The notes under the pieces are model-generated. The model was not told the DNA's origin. It made no database searches and saw nothing but the letters and a program-made list of their open reading frames with translations. 64,000 nt of DNA. Origin: the human T2T-CHM13v2.0 reference genome, Homo sapiens. Shown here piece after piece: positions 38,053 through 53,663 of the stretch. Each line of letters starts with the position of its first letter. Position 1 is the first letter of the stretch. The translations under genes were made by a program, and so were the position numbers. Location of the stretch: NCBI RefSeq assembly GCF_009914755.1, contig NC_060947.1; one strand, given 5' to 3'.

Positions 38053-41000
38053 AATGATTCCTTTAAACTTTAGGTTATATTATGAATCCAGCCAACCAGA
38101 CTTACAACTCCACAGTGTAAAACTATGTGTGGTGGGGCTATCCTGCCTTGAACTATCGTGGTTCTTCCTTCTGATTCTATTACCACTGGGAGAATACTAG
38201 CCCCTAAGAATAAAGCTGTTGGTTTAATATGGAGGATTAGCCCAAAACTAGGATGCTTTAGACAGAAGTAAGCTATCAAAGACCATCAAGTCTCTCAACA
38301 ACTCTTAAGTGAGCACATATTCTGTTTCAAGCACTAGACTAGTCATAGGGATATAAAGACCATGGTCCTCATCCTGCACTTTTTGAAGAAAATCGTTCTC
38401 CATGCCATCCCAAAAGTATATTCCATATATGGCATATTGAAAAGATATACTGAAGTAATGTCCAGCCTGAGAAAAAATAAAACATACTCCTTACAATCAA
38501 ACATTCTGAGTCATCAGAAATTTTCTACAGTGCTCAACATTTTAACTTTTTTTCTTTTTAATTTTGTTTTATTTTTAATTCTTGTGAGTACATAGTAGGT
38601 GCATGTATTTATGGAGTACATGAGATGTTTTGGTACATGCATACAATAAAGAATAATCACATCATGAAGAATGGGGTATTCATCCCTTCAAGAATTTATT
38701 CTTCATGTTACAAACAATCCAATAATGTCCTTTTGGTTATTTTGAAATGTACAATTAAGTTACTATTGGCTGCAGTCACTCTGTTGTGCTATCAAATAGT
38801 AGGTCTTACTCATTCTTTCTATTTTTTATAACCATAACTTTTCCCACATTTCCCCCAACCCCTAAATACACATCCCATCCTCTGGTCAGAGGATGTTCAA
38901 TTGTTTTGATATTTCGAATATGTCGAATAGTTCAATTGTTTTGATATTTAGATCCCCCAAATAAATGCCAACATGTGATGCTTGTCTTTCTGTGCCTGGC
39001 TTGTTTCACTAATCATAATGGTTTCCAGTCCCATCCACGTGGTTGCAAATGACGGGATCTCATTCTTTTCATGGCTGAATAGTACTCAACTGTGTATATG
39101 TACCCCATTTTTTCTTCATTTATCTATTGGTGGACATTTAGGTTGCTTCCAACTCTTAGCTATTGTGAACAATCCTGCAACAAACATGAGAATGCAGGTG
39201 TCTTTTCAATATAATGAATTCCTTACTTTTGGGTATATACCCAATAGTAGGTGTGTTGGATCACATGGTGGCTCTATTTAGGTTTTTGAGGAACCTTCGA
39301 ACTATGGTTGTATTAGTTTATATTCCCACCAACAGTGTACAAGGGTTCTCTTTTCTCCGTATCCTCGCCAGCATTTGTAATTGCCTGTCTTTTGGATAAA
39401 AGTCATTTTAACTGGGGTGAGATGATATCTCATTCTAGTTATATTTGCATTTCCCTGATGATCAATGATGTTGAGCACCTTTTCATATGCCTGTTTGCCA
39501 TTTGTATGTCTTCCTTTGAGAAAAGTCTATTCAAATCTTTTACCCATTTTTTGATCAGATTATTATATTTGTATCTCATAGTGTTGTTTGAGCTTTTTGT
39601 ATATTCTGGTTATTAATCCCTTGTGCCACAGCTTGTTTGCAAATATTTTCTCCCATCCTGTGAGTTGTCTCTTCAATTTATTAACTGTTCACAGAAGCTC
39701 TTTAACTTGACATAATCTCATTTCTCCATGTTTGCCTAGGTTGCCTGCACTTGTAAGATATAAGATATTGCCCAAGGAATTTTTGTGCAGACCAAAGTCC
39801 TGGAAATTTTCCACAATGTTTTCTTGTAGCAATTTCACGTTTGTGGTCTTAGATTTAAGTTTTTATTCTATTTAGATTTGAATTATGTATATGGAGAGAA
39901 ATAGGGGTCTAGTTTCATTCTTCTGTATATGGATATCCAGTTTCCCCAGCACCATTTATTGAAGACACTGTCTATGTCCCAATGTATGTTCTTGGTACTT
40001 TTGTTGAAAATTAGTTCACCCTAGATGTGTAAATATGTTCTCTATTTTGTTCCATTGGTCTATGAGTCTGTTTTGATACCAGTACTATGCTGTTTTGGTT
40101 ACTACAGCTCTGTAGTATAGTTTGAAGCCAGTTAATGTGATTCCTTCAGTTTTGTTCTTTTTGCACAGGATAGTGTTAGCTATTCTGGATCTATTGTGGT
40201 TCCATATAAATTTTAGGATTGGTTTTTCTATTCCTGTGAAGAATCTCATTGGTACTTTGATAGAGATGGAATTGAATCTGTAGATTGCTTTGGGTAGTAG
40301 GGCCATGTTAAAATTATTAATCCTTTCAATCCATTAAAATGGAATATATTTCCATTTTTTGGCATCCTCTTTAATTTCTTTCATCAGTGTTTTAGTTTTC
40401 ATTATACAGATTGTTCACTTCTTTGGTGAAGTTAATTCCTAGGTATTTCATTTTACGTGTGGCTAATGTAAATAAAATAATTTTTAAAATTTATTTTTCA
40501 GGTTGTTCACTGGTGGCATATATAAATGCTACAGATTTTTGTGTGTTGATTTCGTATCCTGCAACTTTAAATAATTTGTTTAGGAGTTCTGAGAGTTTTT
40601 TGGTAGAGTCTCTAGGTTTTTCCAAATAGAAGATTGTATCATCTGCAAACACAGATAATTTCACTTCTTCCATTCCAATTTAAATGCCCTTTCTTTCTCT
40701 TGCTTGATTATTCTAGCTAGAACTTCAAGCACTATATAACAATGGTGAAAGTGGGCATCCTTGTTGTGTTTCAGATCATAAAGACTTTCACTTTTTTTTC
40801 CATTCAGTATGATACTAGATGTGGGTCTGACACATATGGCTTTTATTATGTTGATATATGTTCATTCTATATGCAGTTTTTTTTCAGGGTTCTTAACATG
40901 AAATTATATTGAATTTTATCAAATGTCTTTTCAGCATCAATTGAAATGATCCTATGGTTTTTAGCTTTCATTCTGTTGATATGATGTATTACATTGACTG

Positions 41001-44000
41001 ATTTGTGCATGTTGAGACCTTTTTGCATCCCAGTGATAAATTCTACTTGGTCATGATGAATTATCTTTCAAATGTATTGTTTAATATGATTTGCTAGTAT
41101 TTCATTGAGGATTTTCATATTAATATCCATCAGAATTTTGGCCTGTAGTTTTTGTTTTTCCTTTTTTATGTGTCTTTGTCCGGTTTTGGTTATCAGGGTA
41201 AAACAGGCATTTTAGAATGATTTTGAAAGTATTTCCTTCTCCTCTATTTTTTGGAACAGTTTGAGTAAAATTGGTATTAGCTCATCTTTAAATGTTTGGT
41301 AGAATTCAACAGTGAAGCCATCAGGTCCTGGGCTTTCCTTTACTGAGAGACTGCTTATTACAGCTTTTATCTTGTTACATCCCTTTGGTTTATTCAGGTT
41401 TTGGATATCTTCATGCAAACTTGGTAGGTGGTATGGGTAAGAATTTATGCATTTCTTGGAGATTTTCCAATTTATTGACATATAGTTTCTCATGGTCGCC
41501 ACTAACGATCCTCTGAATTTCTGCCGTATCTGTTGTAATGTCTCCTTTTAATCTCTGCTTTTATTTATTTGGATCTTCTCTGCTTTTTCTTACTTACTCT
41601 GGCTAAAGTTTCGTCATTTTGTGTAGCTTTTCAAAAAACCAACTTTTTGTTTTATTGATATTCTGTATTGATTTTCTTCATTTTAGTTTCATTTATTTCT
41701 GCTCTGATCTTTATTATTTATTTTCTTCTATGAATTTTGGGTTCAGTTTGATCTCATTTTTCTAGTTTTTTTAAGATGCACCATAAAATTATTTATTTGG
41801 AGTTGTTCCTCTTTTTTAATGTAGGCACTTATAGCTATAAACTTCCTACTTAATACTGCTTTTGCTGTATCCCATGGGTTTTAGTATGTTGTGTTTCCAT
41901 TATCATTTAAGAAACTTCAATTTACCTCTTAATTTCTTCATTGACCCACTGGTAATTCAGGAGCATATTATTTAATTTCTATGTATATGTATAGTTTCCA
42001 GAATTATTTTTGTTATTAATTTCCATTTTCATTTTTTGGTGGTCAGAGAAGATGCTTGATATTATTTCAATTTGTTTACATGTTTTCAAACTTGGTATAT
42101 GACCTAACGTATATTCTATCCTTGAGAATGATCCATGTGCTGAGTAAAAGAAGGTGTATTCTGCAGTCTTTGGAAAAAGCATTTTGTAAATGTTTATTAG
42201 ATCCACTTGGTCTATAATGCAGATGAAGTCTGATGTTTCTTTTTTGATTTTATGTCTGGAAAATGTGTCCAATCCTGAAAGTGGGGTGTTGAAGTCTCCA
42301 GCTATTATTGTGTTGGGACCTCTCTCTCTCATTAGTTCTAATACTATTTCCTTTATATATCTTGGTGCTCCAGTGTTGGGTGCATATATATGTAAAATTG
42401 TTATATCCTCTTGCTGAACTGATTTCTTTATTATTATATAGTGACCTTTTTTTTCTTCTTATACTTTTTGTCTTGAAATCTATTTTGTCTGCTATGAGTA
42501 TAGCTAATCCTGCTTCTTTTTTGGTTTCCATTGGCATGGAGTATCTTTTTCCATCCCTTTATTTTCAGTGTATGTGTTTCTTTATAGATGAAGTGTGTTT
42601 CTGGTAGGCAACAGATCAATGTGTCTTGTTTTTTCATACATTCAGCCACTCTATGTATTTTAATTGGAGAGTTTAGCTCATTTACATTCAATGTTATTAT
42701 TGATAAGTAAAAACTTACTCCTGTCATTTTGTTATTTATTTTCTGATGGTTTTGTGATCTTCTCCTTCTTCTTTCTTTCCTTCCTGTCTTCCTTTAGTAA
42801 AGATGATTTTTCTGTGGGTATATGATTTAGTTTCTTGCCTTTAATTTTTTGTGTATCCGTTGTATGTTTTTTGGTTTGAGGTTACCATGAGGCTTGCAAA
42901 TACTATCTTATAACCCATTATTTTAATCTGATAACTACTTAAGACTATTTGTATAAACAAAGAAGTAAGCAGAAAGAAAACTAATAAAAACTGCATCTTC
43001 ATCTCACTGCTTTTTGACTTTTTGTTGTTTTTATTCATATCTTATTGTATTGACTATGTCTTGAAAAGTTGTAGTTATTATTTTTGGTTTAGTCTTTAGT
43101 CTTTCTACTTAGAATAACAGCAGTTTACACACTACAGTTACATTGTTATAATATTCTATTTTTTCTGTGTACTTACAATTACCATTGAGTTTTATGCTTT
43201 TAGATGATTGCATATTGGTAATTAACATCCTTTTATTTCTGACTGAAATACTCCTTTTAGCATTTCTTGTAGGACAGGGCTGGTGTTGATTAAATCCCTC
43301 AGCTCTTGTTTCTCTGGGACCATCTTTATTTCTCTTTCATGTTTGAAAGATATTTTTTCAGATATATTTTCTAAGGTAAAAGATTTTTATCTTTCAGCAC
43401 TTTAAATATGTCATGCCTTTCTCCTGGCCTGTAAGGTTTCAACTGAAAAGTCTGCTGCCAGACATATTGGAGCTCTTATCTTGCTGCTTTAAGAACCTTT
43501 CTTTATCCTTGATTTTCAGGAGTTTGATTATTAAATGACTTGAGGTAGACTTCTTTGAGTTAAATCTGCTTGGTATTCTATAATATTCTTATACTTGGAT
43601 ATTGATACCTTTCTCTAGGTTTGGAAAGTTCTCTATTATTATCCATTTGAAGAAACTTTCTACCCATATGTTTTTCTCTACCTCCTCTTTAAGGCCAATA
43701 ACTCTTAGATTTGTCCTTTTGAAGCTATTTTTTTTAGATCCTATATGCATGCTTCATTGCTTTCTACTATTTTTTAATTTTGTCTTTCCTGACTGTATAT
43801 TTTTAAATAGCCTGTCTTCACGCTTACTAATTCTTTCTTCTCCTTGATTGATTCTGCTATTAAGAGAATTTGACAGATGCTGCAACCTGTCACTTGCATT
43901 TTTCAGCTCCAGAATTTCTGCTTGATTCAATTGTTTCAAACTCATTGTTAATCTCTCTGATAGAATTCTGAATTCTTCTGTGTTATACTGAATTTCTTTG

Positions 44001-44421
44001 AGTTTGATCAACACAGCTATTTTGAATTTTCTGTTTGAAAGGTCACATATCTGTTTCTCCAGAATTGGTCCATGTGGTTTATTTACTTCATTTGGTGAGG
44101 TTATGTTTTCCTGGATGGTGTTGATGCTAGTAGATATTCTTTGGCATCTGGTCATTGAAGATTTAGGTATCTATTGTAGTCTTCACTGTCTGAGCTTGTT
44201 TGTAGCCATTCTAATTGAGAATGTTTTCCAGATATTTACAAATACTTGGGTGTTTCATTTTAATCTGTATCTGCTTTTGTGGGCACCCAAGCCCAGTAAT
44301 GCTGCAGTTCTTACATACTCGTGGAGGTCCCACCTTGACGGTCTTGGACATGATCCAGGAGAAGTCTCTGGGTTATCAGGCAGAGACTCTTGTTCTCTCC
44401 CCTTACTTTCTCCCAGACAAA

Positions 44422-44424
<3 letters not shown>

Positions 44425-44476
<52 letters not shown>
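44425..44476. repeat. (CT)n microsatellite, about 26 units
   Basis: Perfect dinucleotide run inside the L1 5' region. Confidence 0.93.
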
Positions 44477-44480
<4 letters not shown>

Positions 44481-45760
44481 TTCTGAGCCATCTAAAGCTG
44501 GGGATGGAGTAACACAGGCACTCCTCTGGCCACCAACACTATGAACACTATGACTGTGCTGGGTCAGGCCTGAAGCAAGCATAGTTCTGGGTCTTGCCCA
44601 AGGCCTTCTGTAACCACTCCCTGGCTGCTGCCTTTATTTGCTCAAACCCCTGAGGCTCTATAATCAGCAGGTGGCAAAGCTATCCAGGCCTGTGTCTTTC
44701 CTTTCAGGGCAGTGAGTTCCCCCAGGTGGGTTCAGAGATGCCATCCTGGAGTCAGGAATTAGAGTTAAAGATCCTAGAAATCTACCTGGTGTTCTACTGT
44801 ACTGCAGCTGAGCCGACACTCAAACCATAACTCAAACCACAAGAAGCCGTTCTTCCCACACTTCCCTCCTCCCTTTTCCAAAGGCAGGGGAGCCTCAACC
44901 TGTAGCCACCCCTATTGCAGGCCATGGAGAGTACTGCAACACTACCACTGATGCTCCCTTAAGTCCCAAGTGTTCTTAAGTCAGCTCATGGTGAATGCTG
45001 CCTGGACTGGGACTCACCCTTCAGGGCTGTGGGCACCTGTCTGGTCACGGGCAGGTCTAGAAATGCTGTCCAAGAGTTAAGTCCTGGAATTGGGGACCCC
45101 AAGAGCCCGCTTGTTACGCTATTCCCCTCTTACCATACTGGTACCTGAAGCCAGTATGTCTCAGTGGTTCACCCAAGGTCCTTGATGCAGTACCTGGGTA
45201 TCGCTGCTGTCTATTCAGGAACCAAGGGCTATTCAGGTGGCCAGTGATGAATGCTGCCAGGGCTTGGTCATTTCTTTCAAGGCAGCAGGTTGCTTTCTGG
45301 CCCAGGGTGTGCCTAGAAATGTTATCCAGGAGCTAGTGCCTGGAGCAGGGGCTTCACAACCCTGACCGGTGCCCTGTCCTGCTGCGGTTGAGCTGGTATT
45401 CAAGATGCAAGAAAAAAAATGCTCCTCACCATTCCATCTCCTCTCCTCAAGTGGAAGGAAGTGCTCTTTTATGGAGCCGCTAGCTGGGGCAGTCTGGAGC
45501 TAGGGCAGGGGTGGCGCCAGCACTCCCTTGGCTGCCCCAGCTGGTATCTCGGTAGGTCATCTGCACCCCTCCACATCCCTGCCACAAAACACTGTCTCTG
45601 GGCTCAGTTCAATGCTAGAACTCACCTAAGCGTTGCAGTCCTTATGGCCCAGACTGCCTTTAAGGTTTTCTGAGAAACCCGGAACAGTTTAGCCTTTAGT
45701 GGCAAGGTTTGCAGAAACTCAAGTTCTGATTCCTGGGATGGGTAATTTCCCTCTGGCTAG

Positions 45761-46317
<557 letters not shown>

Positions 46318-49300
46318 GATTTTTGGTTCTTATAAAGGTGTTTTGTTCTGTGTGGATAGTTGTTAAATTTGTGTCCTTGCGAGGGGGCTGATCTGTGCAG
46401 CCTTCTATTCTGCTTTTCTTGCCCCACCTCTCTCACCTTAATTTTTTTTCCTCTGAAACGCCTAAGGCTAACCAGTGTGATCCCTTATTACTATCCTAAT
46501 ATGAACAGTGCTTTAATGTCACATGCTGGATGGAAATCTTAGTTTGCAATGAGAAATACCTTCAACTGCACATATTAAAGTGTAAGAAAAAAAGCATTGT
46601 TGTTTTTTGTTGTTGTTGTTTTTACCTTGTGGCCTTGATAAGTTGAAAGAATATTCTTTTATTCCAAAGATGGTATTTGGGGGATTTTGTTCTGGATATT
46701 AGTGCTAGGTATTTAGGTATTTGGATGGAGAAAAGAAAACTGGTTTTTGTCTATTGATATTTAGTATATTTTATTTTTTCATGTTATCAGTGACAATGTT
46801 ACGACTTAGCAAACAACAGTTACAAATAACTAAAATTGTAATTGCTCCTGCATTTTTATTTAACTCCCTCATGTATCCTGAGAAGATCTTCCTGTTTTAC
46901 CTAATTATCTCTCCAACATCCCCTGAACTCTCAAGAGGTAGACACTATGTGAAGGTCAATTCAAAGACAGAAACTAAAACCCCATCCACAGCTGACTCCA
47001 TGCTGAATCCCTAAGATGCCTCGTCCTGCTAACCAATGTGTATCCACCAAGCAGTTTTCTTTTTCACTATAAATATTATGCTGTTTGACATTTAAAAAAA
47101 TTTAATCAAAACCCATAGCCTTAATTAAATGATGAATTTCAGGAAATTATAATGCCCAGTGGGAGTGTAATAAAGCTAATAATAGACACACTGGTCTAAA
47201 AATGATCTCACCACATCACACCTAACCCTTCTCACCACCTTGCAGTTCACATTCCATGGGAAAAGCTCCTCATACTGAGAGTGTTTTACTTTCCTTTTCC
47301 CAAATCATGGCAATTTTGAATATTCACACTTTGCAGATATCAACATATTTCTAAAGCATATTTAGCTTGGTCAAAGACTGTTGAGGTCATTACCACAGTA
47401 ACATAAATATTTAAGATGCATTGAAAATTTTGTTTTAGAATGGGCTTTTTAATCATTTCATTGTAAGCAACGTTTTCCTGCTGTTTACTTACTCCTACAT
47501 CTGCTGTCTTCTTTTGTATTGTGCTTTGTATTTTACAGAACATTTATAATACCTGCTTTATAAAGCAGGTATTTCTAACCTGGGAAAATATAGGATGGAA
47601 AGGGAACGGAAATACCTTTGACATGTACATTCAGCAGAACAATGTGCTGCTGGGTACATTTGCAGGAACATATAAAGATCTTCGCTTCTAACAGCCATTC
47701 TGTCCCTACCATGGAGGACGCAATCCATCTCTCATCTGTGAGTCATCACATTCCCTCAGAAGCCCTTTCACTTAAATGGGAACCAAAAGCTAACATTTGC
47801 AAAATCTTGAAGGACATTACAGGGGTGAACGTGGTTACCGCATTCTCTGCTGGGGCCACTCTAGGAGGAGGAGAAAAATAGAGGCAGAGAGGTTTCCAGG
47901 TTTCAAAAAAATAGCCTAGAATTAGCAAAGTTTCCACCTTGTTAAGCTTGGCGAGGGAAATGAAACTTAGCCACTGGCAATAATAGAGTAAAATATGATT
48001 TTCACTAATAATGTTTTGTTTCAAAAAATGTTTGGAGTTAAATTCATTTTGTCATTACACAGGAATATGCTTACATTTGCCTAGATGAATCTTATCAGTA
48101 TGAAAAAATATGGGTGCATTTCTGAATAACTAGGATTAGAAACAGCAATACCATCCCATGTGGTCACCAATTAGAGTCACGAACACACCTGTATCGTATT
48201 AATGGACATTCAGCTGCACTTTTAACCAGAATGCATTCTTCCAGGCCCTGCATTTAATTTCCATACCAGAGGAAGCATTTGGGAAAGGCAGAATTATTTG
48301 AGTGTGTTCCCAGTTGAAACCTATAAACATCTACTGAACTTCTTTCTGTGCCAGCCACTGAACTGTGAGGAATGGATTAGTTAGACCTAAAACCATAAAA
48401 ACCTAGAGATGAGTCAGACACGGATTCCCTGTGGAAAATAAGGTGAAATATGGCATGACCAAGGGACTGCATTTTAAGGAAGGTATAGGATGTCCTTGAG
48501 GCTCAAAGAAGGATAGATCTCAGAAGGCAGATTGGATCTATGGAGGAAGTTGTATCTGGAAGGGGTTTTATGGATGGAGGAGCTCTTCTTTAGTGGTGAA
48601 GAAGGAAGCTGTTCAAGAAGGAACAGCACGGGGGAAGGGGATGTGGGGCAGGTTGACTCCTCTCTGCACCATCACAGCCCTGCCCATGTCACACGTACGT
48701 CACTCCTCTACCCTCATGTGCTCACTGCTCGGACTCTGTCTCAGCACTGTGACCTCCATGTGAGTAGAATCCAGCATGTGCTCATCTCCTTAGCCCCATT
48801 TCTAGCATAAAATAACATGTGGCAATTTGACAATCAAGAGAGTCATCAATATTTGTTCAACTGATGGATGTATAGGTGAAAGTGAGTGGCCCAAGGCCAG
48901 GCACACTTAGGAAGTGGAAGAGCTGGAAACCAGACCAAAGTTTGACTAACTCCAAATCCTGGGATTTAAAACACTATGTGATGAGAGCCCCTGAGGAGCA
49001 GAGCAAATACTAGGAGAGAGAAGTTATGAAGCATCATCTCTTCCCACCACGTGGAATAGAAATCATGAACATCACACCTGGTCATCACTCACTGTTTGCT
49101 TTATTGTGGGATTGGAGAAAGGGGCTGTCTTAATTACGAGGGAAGCAGGAGGCATCCTGAGACAGCCAAGTGTTCACATCCACCCGTATCTGTGCTGCAC
49201 GGTTCAAATGGAGCAATTGCCTGGGTTAAGGCGCATAATACCTATAACAAAGGGGAAGTCAGGATGACGCATTGAAGTCCACAGAGGTAGGCTCGAGTCC

Positions 49301-52300
49301 CAGCAAGGCCACTTGCTACCTATGTGACTTGGGGCACATTCACTAACTCTCAGCCTGTTTCCTCAGGAAATAATGCCAGCGGTATGCTGTGAAGAGTCAC
49401 CATGGTGAATAACAAGAGCCAGTGAAGAAGTGCCTGTGACCTACACGTCCTGTCCATGTCAGGTCCAGTTACTCAAACAGATGTGCCCGTCCTCCCCCAA
49501 CCAAACTCAAGGCAGAGGAGTGGAAGGGAGCTCCTCAGGCAGGAGTTGCAATGGGGAGTGCACACTCGCCAATAGCTTGGTGTTTGTTAAGACTTAACAT
49601 GGTGTAGGGTCTGTATATTGATTCAATCAGGGTTAGCATGTGCCTGAAACTGCCACTGGGAAAGTGAGGATTTGGTCATAAGACTGGATTTTGCATGTGA
49701 ATGTTGTAGGTGAGGTAGGGTGTGGGTTCTCTGCAGTAAATACTTTTCCAATTTGTCAGGGCCCATGTCATTGCCGATGTTCAATATTTTTGCAATCCCC
49801 CTAGCTTATAGGACGTGCACCTGCACTCAGACAAGCATGGGGCTGAGTCCTGGAGCACCACACACTGGCACTGAGTTTCCAAAGAACCTTCTTGATTCAT
49901 GAAGTAGGGGATGGCTGAAGGGAGATGACCATGAGCACCAAGGCCACAGAGCCCTCCAGAAGGACCACAGCCAGACTCTGTGCTCCACACCACAGCCCTT
50001 TTCTCCCAAGTTGTCCCAAGAGTGCTGTGACACTGTACAAACTGAGTTCTTCCTAGTCATCATGATAACAAATCGGGCTGACTTATGGAGGCTCCCTTTG
50101 CGCCAGGAGCTCTAAAGGCATGAATCTCCTTGAAATTCCCAACAGCTCCACGAAGTGAAGGAAGCACTGTGATCATTCCCATTTCACAGATGATAAAAGA
50201 GACTCACAAGGTAAAGAGATCAAAGTCTTTGAGTCCTTCCCACAGATCCCCCTGGGATTACCCATCATCCAGAGGGGTACCTGCTAGGGGTACCCAACTA
50301 CCACTGGGCAAGTAGCCCCACCCTCCTACACATCCACAAACGTGTGAGTAAAAAAAGTGCAAAAGAAGCTCATTTCTGGGCAGGGAAGGTACCTGGTGAA
50401 CTTGCTGGTCCCACGCTCCAGTTCTTCCATGAACATGCCAATTGTTCCTATGGCTGGGGGTAGGGAGCAACAGCCATCTGGGCTGATTGCTTCTCCAGGC
50501 CTTATTGCATCTAAACAAAGGATCAAAGTGAGGCTGAGGTTTTTATTTTTTTTCCCAAGATGGTGTACTAGAGGAATTGTTCGCATACCTCTCCCACTTG
50601 GAAAATATTGTGTAGAGATTCACACCACAAACTTTTTTTTTCAAGAAGCAATGCAGGAACTGAACAGGAAAGTTGAAGGAACCCACACAGCCTCCGAAGG
50701 AAGCAGCAGGCTGCAGCCTACACTGAGCCAGGCAAAGGGCTGTGAGTCCCCAAAAATATGAGGGGGAGAGACTGCTTCTCAGATTCACACCGTGACCAGA
50801 GAGCCTGAAAGACCAGGCCATCGGGAAAGCCTTAAGCCTACCCAGCACAGAAACTGACTGGGGGAGGGTTGTGGAACATAATAGTAGGAACAGCAGCAGG
50901 AAGACCCTTGTATGCACCTCCAGTCTCCAGTGCAAAGCAAGGAAAGCCACTCCTTATTGATCCTCACAGGGGACACTGTGGAGGTCAGCCAAATAGTTCA
51001 GGCAGTGGTCACAGGTGGAAAGAAGCCCCAAGCTGGGTTTGATGATGTCACCTTGGGTGGGGATGAACTCTCTTGACCAAGGCCAGCCTGTTCAAGTGAA
51101 ACATGGGCCACAGCCACAAGCACAGGGGCTGGGAGCCTGGCTTTGTGAATGGACCCGGAGGGGCGTGGCCTGAAATATGCAGTTGCTATCTCCCTGGGGA
51201 AAGCCTATGACTTGGGGCAGTTGCAAATTCTAAGTGCAGGCTGCCTGGAACTTAGATCGCTGCTGCTAGTGGAACACAGTGGGAGTGAGATCTCCCTCAC
51301 CAAATGTGTGGGATCCGTGTGGGGCTTACTGCAGTCTGCTACTCTCCACTCCCTGCTCAAACTCTTCTGTGCAGCAGAGACAGCAACACTCCCCTCTGGA
51401 GCACAAACCCAGTGGCCTGAGAACCACCCCCTTCCCCTGACACCCACAGGAACTGCTGCTTGCCCTGCATGTGGAAAGTCAGTTCACAAACCCGCCTGAC
51501 CTAGACCACACCTGGCTTTGCCCTGCCACCTGCCCTGCTAGCTTAACACAAAGGAAAGAAACATTTGGGAACTGTATGGCCTCACCCATTGCCTGATAAA
51601 CTGGAGTACCCCCTCTGGGCAGCACAAGGCAAGCAAAACTCTCACTGCTACTGCCACAGCTGGTGCTCTTTGGCAAGTGCCACCTCCTGGCTGGAGGCCA
51701 ACCGACACAGTCCATTACAGCATCTCCTGGTAGAATAACACTGAGTCTAGGAAGGAGAAAATTTCTGTGTGGCCTAAGCTATCACCACTGCCTGCACCAC
51801 TCTGGCTAATCAAGAGGTCCTGATTCTGTCCAAATGATCAGTTTATTACTATGATAAGTGGCATTCGAGAAAGCCAACACACTAAGGCTTTCTAAAATCA
51901 AGGAATCCCAGAGTATAGGTCACTCCCCTGCCACTAGCAGTAGAGCTGGTGCTGCTACCCACTTCCGGGAGGCATGAGAACAGGTCACATCACTGGATCC
52001 CTTGATCTCATTCCCTAGCACCAGCCTGGAGTATGGCAATTTCACTAGGCAGCTAGACCCAGTGGAGCAACAATACTCACAGTCATCTGGCTCCCAGGGA
52101 CTTCGACTCCTCGGGGAAGAGGGAGTGCACCACATCAAGGGAACGGCCCATGAAACAAAAGAATATAGATGACAGGCCTTGAGTACCATATCCTTCTGCT
52201 GGTGGGCAGTTTCAGCAGAGGCACAGTCGCAGTGCTGGGCTCAGCAAGTAAAGTCTGCAGCTCTAATCTAACAGTCAGACAGCCTTAGTGCACGTGAAGG

Positions 52301-52696
52301 GTCTTGGAGAAGGAAACAACTTTCCCCCTTTGTTCACCACCATGAGCACAGTTGGGGCTTCTCCCATGGGAGCTTTGCATGGGTGCAACTATAGACAACC
52401 TTTCTGGAACACTTTAGGGTGAGAGCATCCCTGCAGGAGGACATCCTAAAGGTTCAGGATTTCAAGATAGAGTCACAATTCCTCTCAACTTGAAAAATCT
52501 ACATTTCTACAGATGAAAAGAGGTACCTGTGTGGTCCGAATAGCTGGAGCACTGGAACAGGAGTATGTCTGAGAAGTGGATAGCTTCCCTGCTGACCTGC
52601 CAGGGGAGCCGAGGTGGCTCTAATCCTTCCCCCGATAAGACCTCAGTGTGATTCACTGAAAGCTTCTCCAGCCACCTTTGTCAAGACAGGGACACA

Positions 52697-53021
52697 GCCG
52701 GGCGCAGTGGCTCACGCCTGTAATCCCAGCACTTTGGGAGGCCGAGGCGGGTGGATCACGAGGTCAGGAGATCAAGACCATCCTGGCTAACATGGTGAAA
52801 CCCCGTCTCTACTAAAAATACAAAAAATTAGCCGGGCGTGGTGGTGGGCACCTGTAGTCCCAGCTACTCGGGAGGCTGAGGCAGGAGAATGGCGTGAACC
52901 TGGGAGGCAGAGCTTGGAGTGAGCCGAGATCACGTGCCACTGCACTCCAGCCTGGGTGACAGAGCGAGACTCCGTCTCAAAAAAAAACCAAAAAGAAAAC
53001 AAACAAACAAAAAAAAAAACA
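52697..53021 (+). mobile_element. AluY with 12-bp TSD
   Basis: ggagaatggcgtgaacc diagnostic segment. aagacagggaca at 52683-52694 and 53022-53033. Confidence 0.92.
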
Positions 53022-53141
53022 AAGACAGGGACATCTGTCCACCATTGAGTATTTCATTTACCCACTAGCTTTAGCCACAACCAATTCTTACTCAGGGAAA
53101 CCTCCCCTACTGGCCTGAAAACTGAACTATCAAATCATTAA

Positions 53142-53663
<522 letters not shown>

